Below the pieces are notes generated by a model that did not search any database, had not been told where the DNA came from, and worked only from the letters and a program-made list of their open reading frames with translations. A stretch of 64,000 bases of DNA from a bacterium BMS3Abin11 (GTDB taxonomy: Bacteria; Pseudomonadota; Gammaproteobacteria; BMS3Bbin11). Below are positions 20,020 to 30,267 of this stretch, in pieces. How positions within the stretch are numbered: position 1 is the stretch's first letter; the number at the start of each line of letters is the position of its first letter. The position numbers and the translations under genes were made by a program. The DNA is taken from positions 54,754 through 118,753 of the forward strand of contig BDTD01000009.1 of assembly GCA_002897635.1 (NCBI GenBank), given 5' to 3'.

Positions 20020-20958
20020 TTATTTCCTGATATCCGGATTATTTAAAAAATCATCATAGGTTTTTCGTATGCCATCCTCCAGGCCTGTTTTAAACCTCCA
20101 GCCCAATTTATCAAGCCTGCTAATATCCATTCTCTTTTGCATTGTGCCGTCCTGTTTTGTTGTATCAAAAACAATATCACCCTCAAAACCTACCACCTTC
20201 TTTACCAGGCTGGCTAAATCCTTAATACTTATATCCTCGCCGGTGCCAACATTAATCAACTCGCCTATATCAGCAGTATCATACTGCTCCATCAGATAAA
20301 AACATGCTTCAGCCATATCATCAGCAAACAGGAACTCTCTCCTCGGCTTACCTGTACCCCAAACACTTACTACACTATCTTTATTGGTTTTTGCCTCATG
20401 AAACCGTCTTAATAGCATGGGTAGAACATGTGCATTTTCCGGGTGATAATTATCACCTATACCATATAAGTTCGAAGGCATTACACTAATATAATTTGTT
20501 CCATACTGATCATTAAATGCCCCGCATAATTTTATCCCTGCAATTTTTGCAATCGCATAGGGTTCATTTGTGGGTTCTAATGCCGAAGTAAGAAGGTCTG
20601 TTTCTTTTATCGGTTGTGGGGCGTTTTTAGGGTAAATACAGCTGCTGCCGAGAAATAATAATTTTGATACATCGTTTTTAAATGCTGACTCTATTATATT
20701 ATTCTGGATTTTAAGGTTTTCCAGTAAAAAGTCTGCACGATAGGTATTGTTGGCATAGATCCCACCTACTTTTGCAGCTGCAAGAAATACCCAGTCAGGT
20801 TTTTCTACTTTTAAAAAGTCATCGACAGCCTGCGGATCTAAAAGATCCAGTTGTTTATGTGTGCGAGTAATAATGTCATGGTAACCTCTGCTATTTGCAG
20901 TTCGGTACAAAGCACTTCCGACCATTCCTCTATGTCCGGCTATGTAAATCCTGGGCAT
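20020..20958 (-). CDS. fcl: GDP-L-fucose synthase
   Basis: RIYIAGHRGMVGSAL N-terminus, the SSCIYPK catalytic region, 312 aa. No gmd gene is adjacent. Confidence 0.85.
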   Translation of the reverse strand: MPRIYIAGHRGMVGSALYRTANSRGYHDIITRTHKQLDLLDPQAVDDFLKVEKPDWVFLAAAKVGGIYANNTYRADFLLENLKIQNNIIESAFKNDVSKLLFLGSSCIYPKNAPQPIKETDLLTSALEPTNEPYAIAKIAGIKLCGAFNDQYGTNYISVMPSNLYGIGDNYHPENAHVLPMLLRRFHEAKTNKDSVVSVWGTGKPRREFLFADDMAEACFYLMEQYDTADIGELINVGTGEDISIKDLASLVKKVVGFEGDIVFDTTKQDGTMQKRMDISRLDKLGWRFKTGLEDGIRKTYDDFLNNPDIRK

Positions 20959-21035
20959 TAAAAAAACCTCATAATAAGATTCGATGTTCCTGTCTGACTC
21001 TGTAGATATACACCAGGGTACCTCTGTTAATAGAA

Positions 21036-21413
21036 TCAGTCATCAATCAGTTCTGTATCAGCATGAGAGTAATGAGGGGCACAGCAACACAATACCTTTA
21101 AATCGTTTTCGCCAGTGTTTCTTATTTGATGGGCTGTGCCGGGCAGGATACATACAGTATCTCCAACATTAACCGGGAATCTTTTTCCTCCCAGTGTCAT
21201 TTCACCTTCGCCCTGTGTCACATGGTACAGTTCTTCACAAATGAAATGCTTATGCAGCCGGGTAATACACCCTGCTGAAATGGTAGCCTCAGCAAGACTT
21301 TGATTATGATTTCCATGCAGTTCCGGATGCATTAATTCGCGTATTGTAGAACCATCAGCAGTCGTATATGGAGTAGATTTAGTAATACTTGTTTTTTCTA
21401 TGAAGTCCATCAT
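21036..21413 (-). CDS. cupin domain protein
   Basis: 125 aa with cupin motifs G(X)5HXH...E...G...P.G..H. Confidence 0.6.
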   Translation of the reverse strand: MMDFIEKTSITKSTPYTTADGSTIRELMHPELHGNHNQSLAEATISAGCITRLHKHFICEELYHVTQGEGEMTLGGKRFPVNVGDTVCILPGTAHQIRNTGENDLKVLCCCAPHYSHADTELIDD

Positions 21414-21420
21414 GTTGTCA

Positions 21421-21819
21421 TCATGCTTTCTTCACTAATTTTAGCGACAGTGAATTGACGCAATACCTGAGGCCGGTAGGTTGGGGTCCATCCGGAAAAA
21501 CATGCCCCAGGTGTGAACCACAACGGTTGCACAGTATTTCTGTGCGAGTCATGCCATGTGTACTATCCTGCTCTTCTTTCACCATGTCGTGGTTTAACGA
21601 TTGAAAAAAACTGGGCCAACCAGATCCTGAGTCATATTTTGCAGATGAACTGAATAGAGGTTCACCACAACAACGGCACAGATATGCTCCCTCTTCTTTT
21701 GAATCATAATATTCACCAGAAAATGGTTTTTCTGTACCCTTCTGTCGGCAAACCACAAATTCTTCTGCGGTCAGGCGCTGCTGCCATTCCTCTTCTTTTT
21801 TGGTAATTTTTTCAGTCAT
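21421..21819 (-). CDS. msrB: peptide-methionine (R)-S-oxide reductase
   Basis: Two CxxC pairs and the RYCxNS active-site region (GLRYCVNSLSL). Confidence 0.9.
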   Translation of the reverse strand: MTEKITKKEEEWQQRLTAEEFVVCRQKGTEKPFSGEYYDSKEEGAYLCRCCGEPLFSSSAKYDSGSGWPSFFQSLNHDMVKEEQDSTHGMTRTEILCNRCGSHLGHVFPDGPQPTGLRYCVNSLSLKLVKKA

Positions 21820-22328
21820 AATACGATACTGTAATAGGCAATTAGGTGGAGGATGACAAAAGCAGCCATCCCCGCAAGAACATCATCAATCATGATACCG
21901 AAGCCACCACTAATCCGTTTGTCAGCAAGACTAATTGGCCAGGGTTTGAGGATATCAAAAATACGAAACAGTATGAAACCAACAAGAATCCAGATCCAGC
22001 CCTGCGGTGCAGCAATCATGGTTACCAGGTAACCGACAATCTCATCCCAGACGATTCCGGAATGGTCATGTACACCCAGTTTCTTTGTTGTTTCACCGCA
22101 TAGCCAGATACCAATAAGAAACATTAGCAGGATAATTAACAGATATAACCAAAGCGGAGATTCTTTTAGCAATAAGAAGATCGGGATAGCAGCCAGTGTT
22201 CCGAATGTCCCGGGCGCAATGGGACTGCACCCGCTGCCAAACCCAAATGCGAGCCAGTGAACAGGGTCGCGCATGACTCCTTTACAGGGTGAATCCGGGG
22301 AATGTGAATTTTCAGTCATGAGAAACAT
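21816..22328 (-). CDS. pgpA: phosphatidylglycerophosphatase A
   Basis: LAFGFGSGCSPIAPGTFGTLAAIP and the GIWLCGETTKKLGVHDHSGIVWDE motif. Confidence 0.8.
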   Translation of the reverse strand: MFLMTENSHSPDSPCKGVMRDPVHWLAFGFGSGCSPIAPGTFGTLAAIPIFLLLKESPLWLYLLIILLMFLIGIWLCGETTKKLGVHDHSGIVWDEIVGYLVTMIAAPQGWIWILVGFILFRIFDILKPWPISLADKRISGGFGIMIDDVLAGMAAFVILHLIAYYSIVL

Positions 22329-22372
22329 GTGTGGCCAGTACTTTGGCTGTATGGAGCTTTTTGAGCATTTTT

Positions 22373-23344
22373 TCAGGCATTAAAATGATTATAACCACGT
22401 GCTGCAACTTTCATGAAATCCCCATTGCTGTCTCTCAACAGTATTCCTTCACCTGTCGTGATCTCACCAATGTGCGTCAATAATGGAAATGAGTGACGCC
22501 AGGATTGTTCGAGCTTCAAAACCCTGCTAGCAGGAATTGTAAACAGCAATTCGTAATCATCACCACCATGGAGGGCCGCCTCTATGGTGCTCTTGCCCGG
22601 TAAATCTGCTGCTGCAGGCAGGCAGTTTTTTAGCCTTTCTGAATCAATGACAGCACTGCAGCCACTTGCCTGCAGTATGTGACTCAGATCTGCAGCCAGG
22701 CCATCAGAGGTATCAATCATCGACGAGGCATAGTTTCTTAAAAATTGGCCTTCCAGCAGACGTGGCTGGGGATAATCCAGTTTATTGCGGCACTTCGACT
22801 GTTCTATGTCAGACAGGATAATCTCATCGTTAATTGCTGCAAGACCTAATGCAGCCATGCCAGGCTGACCAGTAACAAAAACAGCATCACCCGGTCTGGC
22901 AGTTGAACGTCTAATCGCCATTTTTTCTGGAATGGTTCCAATAACAGACAATGTTATTGATAATGGGCCTCGTGTCGTATCACCACCTACCAGGCTCACA
23001 CCGAATTGTTTCGCCAGCGTAAGCAATCCATCTGAAAAGGCTTTCAACCAGGTAGAATCAGGCTCTGGCAGGCTAAGGGCAAGGGTAAACCATCGCGCCT
23101 GTCCTGCCATTGCTGCAATATCACTCAAATTAACGGCAAGGGCCTTGTGGCCAATGGCATCAGGGGCCGTCTCTTCAGGAAAATGGACACCGTTAATCAG
23201 CGTATCTGTCGTGAAAAGTAATTCCTCTCCATCAGCAGGTCTTATGATAGCGGCATCATCCCCTATACCGAGAATAACACCGACTTGAGTGGTTCTGCTT
23301 TTAGCGTCGGAAAAATACTGCTGAATGATGGAGAATTCGTCCAA
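22373..23344 (-). CDS. thiL: thiamine-monophosphate kinase
   Basis: EFSIIQQYF...GIGDDAA N-terminus, AIR-synthase-related fold, 323 aa. Confidence 0.9.
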   Translation of the reverse strand: MDEFSIIQQYFSDAKSRTTQVGVILGIGDDAAIIRPADGEELLFTTDTLINGVHFPEETAPDAIGHKALAVNLSDIAAMAGQARWFTLALSLPEPDSTWLKAFSDGLLTLAKQFGVSLVGGDTTRGPLSITLSVIGTIPEKMAIRRSTARPGDAVFVTGQPGMAALGLAAINDEIILSDIEQSKCRNKLDYPQPRLLEGQFLRNYASSMIDTSDGLAADLSHILQASGCSAVIDSERLKNCLPAAADLPGKSTIEAALHGGDDYELLFTIPASRVLKLEQSWRHSFPLLTHIGEITTGEGILLRDSNGDFMKVAARGYNHFNA

Positions 23345-23352
23345 CGCAGTGA

Positions 23353-23784
23353 CTATTGATTTGCTGCAGCCTCAATGGAACGGACTTCTGCACCCATTTT
23401 ATCCAGAATACCATTGACGAAACGATAGCCATTATCAGAACCATAGGTTCTGGACAGTTCAATTGCTTCATTGAGCACTACACGATAGGGAATTTCGGCA
23501 TGGTGAATGAGTTCGTAGGCAGCCAGGCGTAAAACAGCCTTTTCAATAGGGTCAATCAAAGCGATGTCACGGTCTATGTACGGCAAGAGGCTGCTATCGA
23601 TATCTTCTACAAGCCTGGGAATTTCACGTATCAGTTCCTGAAAATAAGCGTTGTCAGTCTTTTTTAAACGATCATCAGCGAGAAAGTATTTTTCAATTTC
23701 CAGGCGTGGCTGCTGCGTCATCTCCCATTGATACAGAGCTTGAATCGCAGCACGTCTTGCAAGATGACGACTACTGCCGGACAT
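23353..23784 (-). CDS. nusB: transcription antitermination factor NusB
   Basis: RRAAIQALYQWEM...143 aa. Confidence 0.95.
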   Translation of the reverse strand: MSGSSRHLARRAAIQALYQWEMTQQPRLEIEKYFLADDRLKKTDNAYFQELIREIPRLVEDIDSSLLPYIDRDIALIDPIEKAVLRLAAYELIHHAEIPYRVVLNEAIELSRTYGSDNGYRFVNGILDKMGAEVRSIEAAANQ

Positions 23785-24260
23785 CAGGATTCTAATTTAT
23801 TAAACAGGCTGATCATTTCGATGGCCGTAACGGCTGCTTCAGCACCTTTGTTGCCGGCCTTTGTCCCTGCCCGCTCAACTGCCTGTTCGATTGTGTCCGT
23901 GGTCAACACACCAAAAATAATCGGCATATCAGCAGCCAGACTGACCTGTGCCAGACCCTTGCTGCATTCACCGGCAACATAATCAAAATGCGGCGTTGAG
24001 CCACGAATCACCGCACCCAGTGCGATAATCGAGTCATAGTTGCCAGTCTGTGCGATCCGCTGAGCACTGATAGGCATCTCGTAGGCACCCGGTACCCGGA
24101 TAATTTCGATATTTTCACTGCTAATGCCGTGGCGTACCAATGCATCAACTGCACCCTCCACCAGGCGCTCAACAATGAATGAATTGAAGCGCGCGGCAAG
24201 GATACAAAACTTTGCATCTCCTGCATTAAAATCTCCGTCTATCGATTTGATATGACTCAT
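23784..24260 (-). CDS. ribH: 6,7-dimethyl-8-ribityllumazine synthase
   Basis: 158 aa with the lumazine synthase motifs [35 protein letters not shown]. Confidence 0.95.
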   Translation of the reverse strand: MSHIKSIDGDFNAGDAKFCILAARFNSFIVERLVEGAVDALVRHGISSENIEIIRVPGAYEMPISAQRIAQTGNYDSIIALGAVIRGSTPHFDYVAGECSKGLAQVSLAADMPIIFGVLTTDTIEQAVERAGTKAGNKGAEAAVTAIEMISLFNKLES

Positions 24261-24276
24261 ATTTTTATCCCAATTG

Positions 24277-25407
24277 TTATTGAGTAATGAATTCTACCAC
24301 TTCCAGGTCGAATCCTGCCAATGAGTGCATAATTAATGGCGAGCCGCTAATCACCCGCATTTTTTTCACACCAAGATCCGACAGTATTTGTGAACCGATA
24401 CCAAAGGTTCTGAGGGTTTCCGGATCTGCAGAAACATTTTTGTCTTCATGATCATGCTGATTTTTTTCAACATTTTCCAGCAGCGTGTCTTTCAAACTGT
24501 CAAGCAAACCATTTTTACTGTCAGCATTGTTCAGGATAACCAGTACTGCATTTTCTTCATCTGCCATGTATTCCATCACATTGTTTATGGTCCAGCCTGG
24601 TTCCTCCTGCAGGTCACCCAGCAAATCATAGATTCCATTGTGAACCTGTACACGGATCACCGGCACGGTATCAGCGTCAATATCCCCTCGTACCAGTGCC
24701 AGGTGTTCACGATTGCTTAATGTGTCACGATAAACATTCGCTTTAAGCCGTCCGTAGCGGCTGTCAAAGTGCGTCTCGCCTTCCCGGCGCAACAACGAAT
24801 CATACTGTCTGCGATAACGAATCAGGTCTTCGATGGTACCAATACGTAGCTTGTGCTGCTTGGCGAATTCAAGCAAATCAGGCATGCGCGCCATGGTACC
24901 GTCTTCTTTCAGGATTTCACAGATCACACTGGCTGGTCGCAAACCAGCGAGTGCAGCAAGGTCGACCCCGGCCTCGGTGTGCCCGGCGCGGGAAAGCACC
25001 CCACCTTTTTGTGCCATCAGGGGGAATACATGCCCTGGGGTAATGATGTGATCCGCATGAACCTCTTCATTTACGGCGACTTGCACAGTTTTTGCACGAT
25101 CCGCAGCTGAAATGCCCGTTGTTACTCCTTCAGCTGCCTCGATGGAGACCGTGAAGTTTGTCGCATAGGGTGTACGATTATTGTTAACCATTAAAGGCAG
25201 ATCGAGCTTCCTGCAATGATCTTCTGTCAGCGTCAAACAAATCAGACCGCGTCCATATCGTGCCATAAAGTTAATGTCGTCAGGGGTGACGCATTCTGCT
25301 GCCATCAGCAAATCCCCCTCATTCTCACGATCTTCATCATCCATCAGGATGACCATTTTACCCTGACGCAAATCGTCCAGAATGTCTTCTATTTTATCAA
25401 GGCTCAT
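24277..25407 (-). CDS. ribB: 3,4-dihydroxy-2-butanone-4-phosphate synthase fused to a degenerate GTP-cyclohydrolase-II-like domain (RibBA/RibBX type)
   Basis: N-terminal DHBP synthase motifs ([11 protein letters not shown], the HTEA region). The C-terminal half lacks the Cys zinc ligands of active GCH II. Confidence 0.85.
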   Translation of the reverse strand: MSLDKIEDILDDLRQGKMVILMDDEDRENEGDLLMAAECVTPDDINFMARYGRGLICLTLTEDHCRKLDLPLMVNNNRTPYATNFTVSIEAAEGVTTGISAADRAKTVQVAVNEEVHADHIITPGHVFPLMAQKGGVLSRAGHTEAGVDLAALAGLRPASVICEILKEDGTMARMPDLLEFAKQHKLRIGTIEDLIRYRRQYDSLLRREGETHFDSRYGRLKANVYRDTLSNREHLALVRGDIDADTVPVIRVQVHNGIYDLLGDLQEEPGWTINNVMEYMADEENAVLVILNNADSKNGLLDSLKDTLLENVEKNQHDHEDKNVSADPETLRTFGIGSQILSDLGVKKMRVISGSPLIMHSLAGFDLEVVEFITQ

Positions 25408-25576
25408 TTTAAGGGCACCTCTATTAATTCTGGATAGATCAGATTGTATTCCAGATTGTTCATATCAAGGAAAGAATCGCACGTAATAGCTAGCTATTGC
25501 GAAGATTCTTAACGCAGAGAGGGGGAATTTGGGATGCAAGATGAATATTCATGGATTACTAGAGGTGCCCTTAAGT
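25408..25576. repeat. family A MITE-like repeat copy 2 (inverse orientation)
   Basis: TTAAGGGCACCTCTATTAATTC at 25408-25430 and its complement at 25557-25576. The internal sequence is the reverse complement of copy 1. Ends 1 nt from the ribBA start codon. Confidence 0.8.
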
Positions 25577-25586
25577 TTCCGGATGG

Positions 25587-26264
25587 TTAGCGAACGGCAG
25601 TTCCGTCATCCATCATGTCGTGTATCTTTTCCAGCAGGGAATCGTCGCTATTTGCACGCCCCGTCACAATTTTTCCGCATTGAAGCATTCTTTCAAGGTA
25701 GCGCGCAATGATATCAACCTCTATATTAACGTGGCTACCCAGTTTGTAGTGCCCAATAATCGTTTCCTGTTGAGTATGTGGGACGATATTGACCTCAAAT
25801 TCATGATTATGAACAGCATTGACGGTTAGACTTACACCATCAATCGTCACAGAGCCCTTCTGTGCAACATAGCAGGCCAGCTCATTGGGCAACTGCACTC
25901 TCAGGCTAATTGATTCACCCACTGGCCGTATATCAAGCACTTTCCCCAGACCATCAACATGACCACTGACAATATGGCCGCCAAATCGTGTGTCTGGACG
26001 CATTGCCAGCTCCAGATTTACTGGACTGTCGTGTTTCAACTGTCCCAGTGTGGTACGAGAAAGGCTTTCTGCTGAAACATCCGCCTCAAAACCATCTGCT
26101 GCGAATGAAACAGCCGTCAGGCAAACACCATTTACCGCAATGGAGTCACCTATTCCCGAATCACTGAGATCAAGCCTGCCGGTATAGATGCTGATTCTGG
26201 CGTCACTCCCTTTACGCTGAAGGCTGATGGTTTTGCCCGTGGCTTCTATAATTCCTGTGAACAT
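25587..26264 (-). CDS. ribE: riboflavin synthase
   Basis: MFTGIIEATG... twofold internal repeat, 225 aa. Confidence 0.9.
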   Translation of the reverse strand: MFTGIIEATGKTISLQRKGSDARISIYTGRLDLSDSGIGDSIAVNGVCLTAVSFAADGFEADVSAESLSRTTLGQLKHDSPVNLELAMRPDTRFGGHIVSGHVDGLGKVLDIRPVGESISLRVQLPNELACYVAQKGSVTIDGVSLTVNAVHNHEFEVNIVPHTQQETIIGHYKLGSHVNIEVDIIARYLERMLQCGKIVTGRANSDDSLLEKIHDMMDDGTAVR

Positions 26265-26266
26265 GT

Positions 26267-27394
26267 TTATTCCGCTTCGCTCTGATAATCCGGTTGCACC
26301 ATGAACCGCCAGTCCTTCCCTATCGGTCTGACATCTTTCACGTTCATATAGACTCTTTGTGCCATGCTATCAAGTCCTGGTATATCAAAAAGCCCCCTGG
26401 CTGCCGAACCCATAATTACAGGCGCCAGGTATAGTACAATTTCATCAACCAGTTCACTGGCCAGTAGACTGCCGCATACGACCGATCCCGCCTCGACCAG
26501 TATTTCATTGCATAAATAGTCTTCCGCCAGGCATTGCAACAGGTGTTTAGAATTTACACGGCCAGACTCACCTGCAGGAAAAGAGCGGATGTCTATTCCA
26601 AATTGCTTTAGTTGTTGAAAGCGGTCATCTTTTTCACTCAGTGCCGTGGCAAGCAACAATGGATGTCCATCAATAAATATTTTTGCCCTGTCAGGGATAC
26701 TAAGCTTGCTATCCATCACTATGCGCAATGGTTGTCTTGCTGCTTCATTCAGCCTGACTGTTAATGACGGGTCATCCGCAAGCACCGTACCGGATCCGGT
26801 CAGAATTGCACTGCTGGCTGCACGTAGGTGTTGTACATCAGCGCGTGCCGCCGACCCTGTAATCCACTGACTTTCACCATTATGCATTGCAGTGCGTCCA
26901 TCCAGCGATGCACCAAGCTTCACCGTCACCCAGGGTCGGCCACGCTTCATTCGACTAACAAAGCCGCGGTTCAGTTCCATTGCCTGCCGTTTTAACAGAC
27001 CACTGCGAACTTTAATACCTGCCTGTTCCAGTTTTTTTATACCCTGCCCGGTCACCAGTGGGTTAGGATCCTTCATCGCGACAATGACTTCATCTACGCC
27101 ACTTTCTATCAAAGCATCTGCACAGGGCGGTGTGCGACCATGGTGTGAACAGGGTTCTAATGTGACATATGCAACTGCACCCTGTGCCTGTTCTCCAGCC
27201 TCTTGCAATGCCAATACTTCAGCATGCTCGCATCCTGCTTTTTTATGCCAGCCCTGAGCAATTATTTTTTCGTCTTTAACAATGACGCAGCCGACACGTG
27301 GGTTTGGCTGGGTAGTCGCTATTCCTTTGCGTGCCAGAGACAGGGCATCAGTCATCATCTGGTGATCGTACGCGCTAAAAATAGTACTGCTCAC
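26267..27394 (-). CDS. ribD: bifunctional diaminohydroxyphosphoribosylaminopyrimidine deaminase / 5-amino-6-(5-phosphoribosylamino)uracil reductase
   Basis: CDA-type HAE...PCSHHGRTPPC zinc motif, then a reductase domain. 375 aa. Confidence 0.9.
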   Translation of the reverse strand: MSSTIFSAYDHQMMTDALSLARKGIATTQPNPRVGCVIVKDEKIIAQGWHKKAGCEHAEVLALQEAGEQAQGAVAYVTLEPCSHHGRTPPCADALIESGVDEVIVAMKDPNPLVTGQGIKKLEQAGIKVRSGLLKRQAMELNRGFVSRMKRGRPWVTVKLGASLDGRTAMHNGESQWITGSAARADVQHLRAASSAILTGSGTVLADDPSLTVRLNEAARQPLRIVMDSKLSIPDRAKIFIDGHPLLLATALSEKDDRFQQLKQFGIDIRSFPAGESGRVNSKHLLQCLAEDYLCNEILVEAGSVVCGSLLASELVDEIVLYLAPVIMGSAARGLFDIPGLDSMAQRVYMNVKDVRPIGKDWRFMVQPDYQSEAE

Positions 27395-27411
27395 AGTATA
27401 ATACCCGGAGC

Positions 27412-27912
27412 TTATAGTTCTTTGGTTTTAACGATACTGATAGCTGAGTTCTTTTTCTTGCGCTTATGTTTCAGCAGATCCAGTTCGCGATGGAAGGCAT
27501 CCAGATCCTGGAATCTCCGGTATACTGATGCAAAACGTACATATGCAACATCATCAATCATGGCGAGCTCTTCAATTACCCACTCGCCTACCTGCTTGGA
27601 TTCCACTTCGCGTCCGCTGCAGGCTAGCAACTTATGGATAATACGCGCGACTGCAGCATCAATATGCTCTACTTCCACCGGTCTTTTTTCCAGTGCACGC
27701 ATGATACCTGTTCGCAATTTCAACTCAGAGAAATCTGCCAGAGAACCATCATTTTTCTTTATTGAGGGATAGGGCAACTCTGTCTTTTCGTAGGTGGTAA
27801 AGCGCTCATGACAGTTGAGGCATTCACGCCTTCTACGCACTTCTCCGCCATCGTTCGCTAAACGCGAGTCAATAACTTTAGTGTCTTCTGTACTGCAATA
27901 TGGACAGTGCAT
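27412..27912 (-). CDS. nrdR: transcriptional repressor NrdR
   Basis: MHCPYCS...CLNC zinc ribbon plus an ATP-cone, 166 aa. Confidence 0.95.
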   Translation of the reverse strand: MHCPYCSTEDTKVIDSRLANDGGEVRRRRECLNCHERFTTYEKTELPYPSIKKNDGSLADFSELKLRTGIMRALEKRPVEVEHIDAAVARIIHKLLACSGREVESKQVGEWVIEELAMIDDVAYVRFASVYRRFQDLDAFHRELDLLKHKRKKKNSAISIVKTKEL

Positions 27913-27942
27913 GACGCGTGGATTTCCTGTGGTTACCCATGC

Positions 27943-29196
27943 CTATTCGTAAACAGGCCGTTCGGCGCAAAGTTCAGTTACCTTAACCCTGGTCTGTGAG
28001 GTAACTGTTTCATCGCTGATGTTGTCGAGGATATCACACATCCAGCCGGCTAGATTACGAGAATCTTCCTCTGTAAAACCACGAGTAGTGGTTGCTGCTG
28101 TTCCAATTCGAATTCCGCTGGTCACAAAAGGTGACTGGGGATCATTGGGTACTGCATTTTTATTGACTGTTATATTGGCCCGGCCAAGCGCAGCCTCTGC
28201 CTCTTTGCCGGTAATTTCCTGTTTTATCAGGTCAATCAACATCAGATGATTGTCGGTACCACCTGAAACTATGCGGTATCCTCTTTCGATGATAGTTTCT
28301 GCCATGGCCCTGGCATTTATCACGACCTGATGTTGATAATCCTTGAATCCAAGATCCAGCGCTTCCTTAAAAGCAACAGCCTTGGCGGCAATAACATGCA
28401 TCAGCGGACCGCCCTGTGTGCCCGGAAAAACAAGAGAATTGATCTTTTTCTCGATAGCTTCATTGCTTCTGGCAAGGATGATTCCCCCCCTGGGACCACG
28501 CAGAGTTTTGTGAGTCGTTGAAGTCGTCACATCAGCAATGGCTACAGGATTGGGGTATTCACCAGTGGCAACCAGACCCGCTACATGGGCCATATCAACC
28601 ATCAAATAGGCACCAACACTGTCAGCAATATCACGAAAATGCTGCCAGTCTACAATTCGGGAATAAGCACTAAAACCGGCAATGATCATCTTCGGATGAT
28701 GTTCATTCGCCAGTCGTTCAACCTCATCATAATCAATTTCGTCAGTATCTGCGCTCAGACCATACTGCACTGCATTAAACAATTTGCCCGAAAAATTCAC
28801 TTTAGAACCATGGGTAAGATGGCCGCCGTGTGCCAGACTCATACCCAGTATTGTTTCACCTGGCTTCAGTAGTGCCAGATATACTGCGGCATTGGCCTGT
28901 GAACCGGAATGTGGTTGTACATTGGCATAATCAGCACCGAATAATTCCTTAACACGGTCAATGGCCAGTTGCTCGGCGATATCGACATACTCGCAGCCAC
29001 CATAGTAGCGTCGCCCCGGGTAGCCTTCTGCATATTTGTTAGTTAATACCGAACCCTGAGCCTCCATCACCCGCGGACTGGCATAATTTTCAGAGGCGAT
29101 CAGTTCAATATGATTTTCCTGACGCATCTTCTCATCTTCAATTGCCGCGGCCAGTTCATCATCATAACCGGCAATTTTCATGTCTTTACTGAACAT
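27943..29196 (-). CDS. glyA: serine hydroxymethyltransferase
   Basis: SHMT motifs ([14 protein letters not shown]). Likely starts at the internal MFSKD Met of the longer ORF. Confidence 0.95.
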   Translation of the reverse strand: MFSKDMKIAGYDDELAAAIEDEKMRQENHIELIASENYASPRVMEAQGSVLTNKYAEGYPGRRYYGGCEYVDIAEQLAIDRVKELFGADYANVQPHSGSQANAAVYLALLKPGETILGMSLAHGGHLTHGSKVNFSGKLFNAVQYGLSADTDEIDYDEVERLANEHHPKMIIAGFSAYSRIVDWQHFRDIADSVGAYLMVDMAHVAGLVATGEYPNPVAIADVTTSTTHKTLRGPRGGIILARSNEAIEKKINSLVFPGTQGGPLMHVIAAKAVAFKEALDLGFKDYQHQVVINARAMAETIIERGYRIVSGGTDNHLMLIDLIKQEITGKEAEAALGRANITVNKNAVPNDPQSPFVTSGIRIGTAATTTRGFTEEDSRNLAGWMCDILDNISDETVTSQTRVKVTELCAERPVYE

Positions 29197-29251
29197 ATCT
29201 ACTCCACATTTATAACTCAATGGTGCCTCTGGTTAATTTAGACAAAGGCGA

Positions 29252-30256
29252 TCAGGGAGTCGCTTTCTTTTCACCACCTTCCTGTTTCACCTGCAGCAGA
29301 TTCTCACGTGATACGCCAAGCATCAGTACTGCAGGACTGGCGATATATATAGATGAATAGGTACCAACGACAATACCCAGGATTAATGCCACAGAGAAGT
29401 TATGAATAATGTCTCCTCCAAAGAAATACAGCGAGATCAGCACCAGAAGTGTTGTCAACGATGTCAGTATTGTACGCGGCAGGGTCTGGTTTATGGATCT
29501 GTTCATAATTTCCTGCGGACTTTCCTTGCGCAGCTTTCTGAAGTTCTCTCTGATACGATCAAACACAACGATGGTGTCATTTAATGAATAGCCAATTACT
29601 GCAAGAATTGCTGCAAGCACGGTCAGTGTAAATTCCATCTGGAATAGTGAAAATACGCCAATGGTAATGGTGACATCGTGCACCAGGGCGATAACTGAAC
29701 CCACTGCAAAGCGCCATTCAAAACGAAAAGCGACATAGGCAAGAATCCCAAACAAAGCGTACAGCATTGCCAGTCCGCCCTGATTTGCCAGCTCATCGCC
29801 TACCTGCGGACCAACAAACTCTACCCGCCTCATCTGTACCTTACAAACCTGTCGCTGCCCTTTAATCGAGCAGGTCTGTTCCTTGCTTACAGGGTCGGTG
29901 TCGGTAACAGACTCGTCGAGTTTATTATGCAGGGAGCGCATGATCTTCTCACTGACCTGGGCCCCCTTTACCTTGCCTTTTAGCGGCACTCGTATCATGA
30001 CATCTTTAGCAGTACCGAAATACTGTACGATGGCATCGTTAAATCCTGCTTCGGACAAGGTATTCCGCACCTCTTCTATTTCGACCGTATTCTGGTATGA
30101 AACCTCTACCAGCGTGCCACCGGTAAAATCAATTCCGAACGACAGTCCACGTATCGCAAGAGAGGCAATACTGATGATCACAAACAACAATGAAAAGCCC
30201 ATAGCCAGCTTACGCATGCCGAGAAAATCTATATTATATTTTTCTTTGGTAGCCAT
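29252..30256 (-). CDS. secF: protein translocase subunit SecF
   Basis: GIDFTGGT motif, six TM helices, follows secD. Confidence 0.9.
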   Translation of the reverse strand: MATKEKYNIDFLGMRKLAMGFSLLFVIISIASLAIRGLSFGIDFTGGTLVEVSYQNTVEIEEVRNTLSEAGFNDAIVQYFGTAKDVMIRVPLKGKVKGAQVSEKIMRSLHNKLDESVTDTDPVSKEQTCSIKGQRQVCKVQMRRVEFVGPQVGDELANQGGLAMLYALFGILAYVAFRFEWRFAVGSVIALVHDVTITIGVFSLFQMEFTLTVLAAILAVIGYSLNDTIVVFDRIRENFRKLRKESPQEIMNRSINQTLPRTILTSLTTLLVLISLYFFGGDIIHNFSVALILGIVVGTYSSIYIASPAVLMLGVSRENLLQVKQEGGEKKATP

Positions 30257-30267
30257 ATTTATTACTC

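Noticed and set aside
24277-27412. FMN riboswitch upstream of rib genes
   Set aside because: No FMN-element-like conserved sequence was seen in the short spacers. The rib genes here are embedded in the nrdR-ribD-ribE-ribBA-ribH-nusB operon, and the one sizeable spacer is occupied by the family A repeat.
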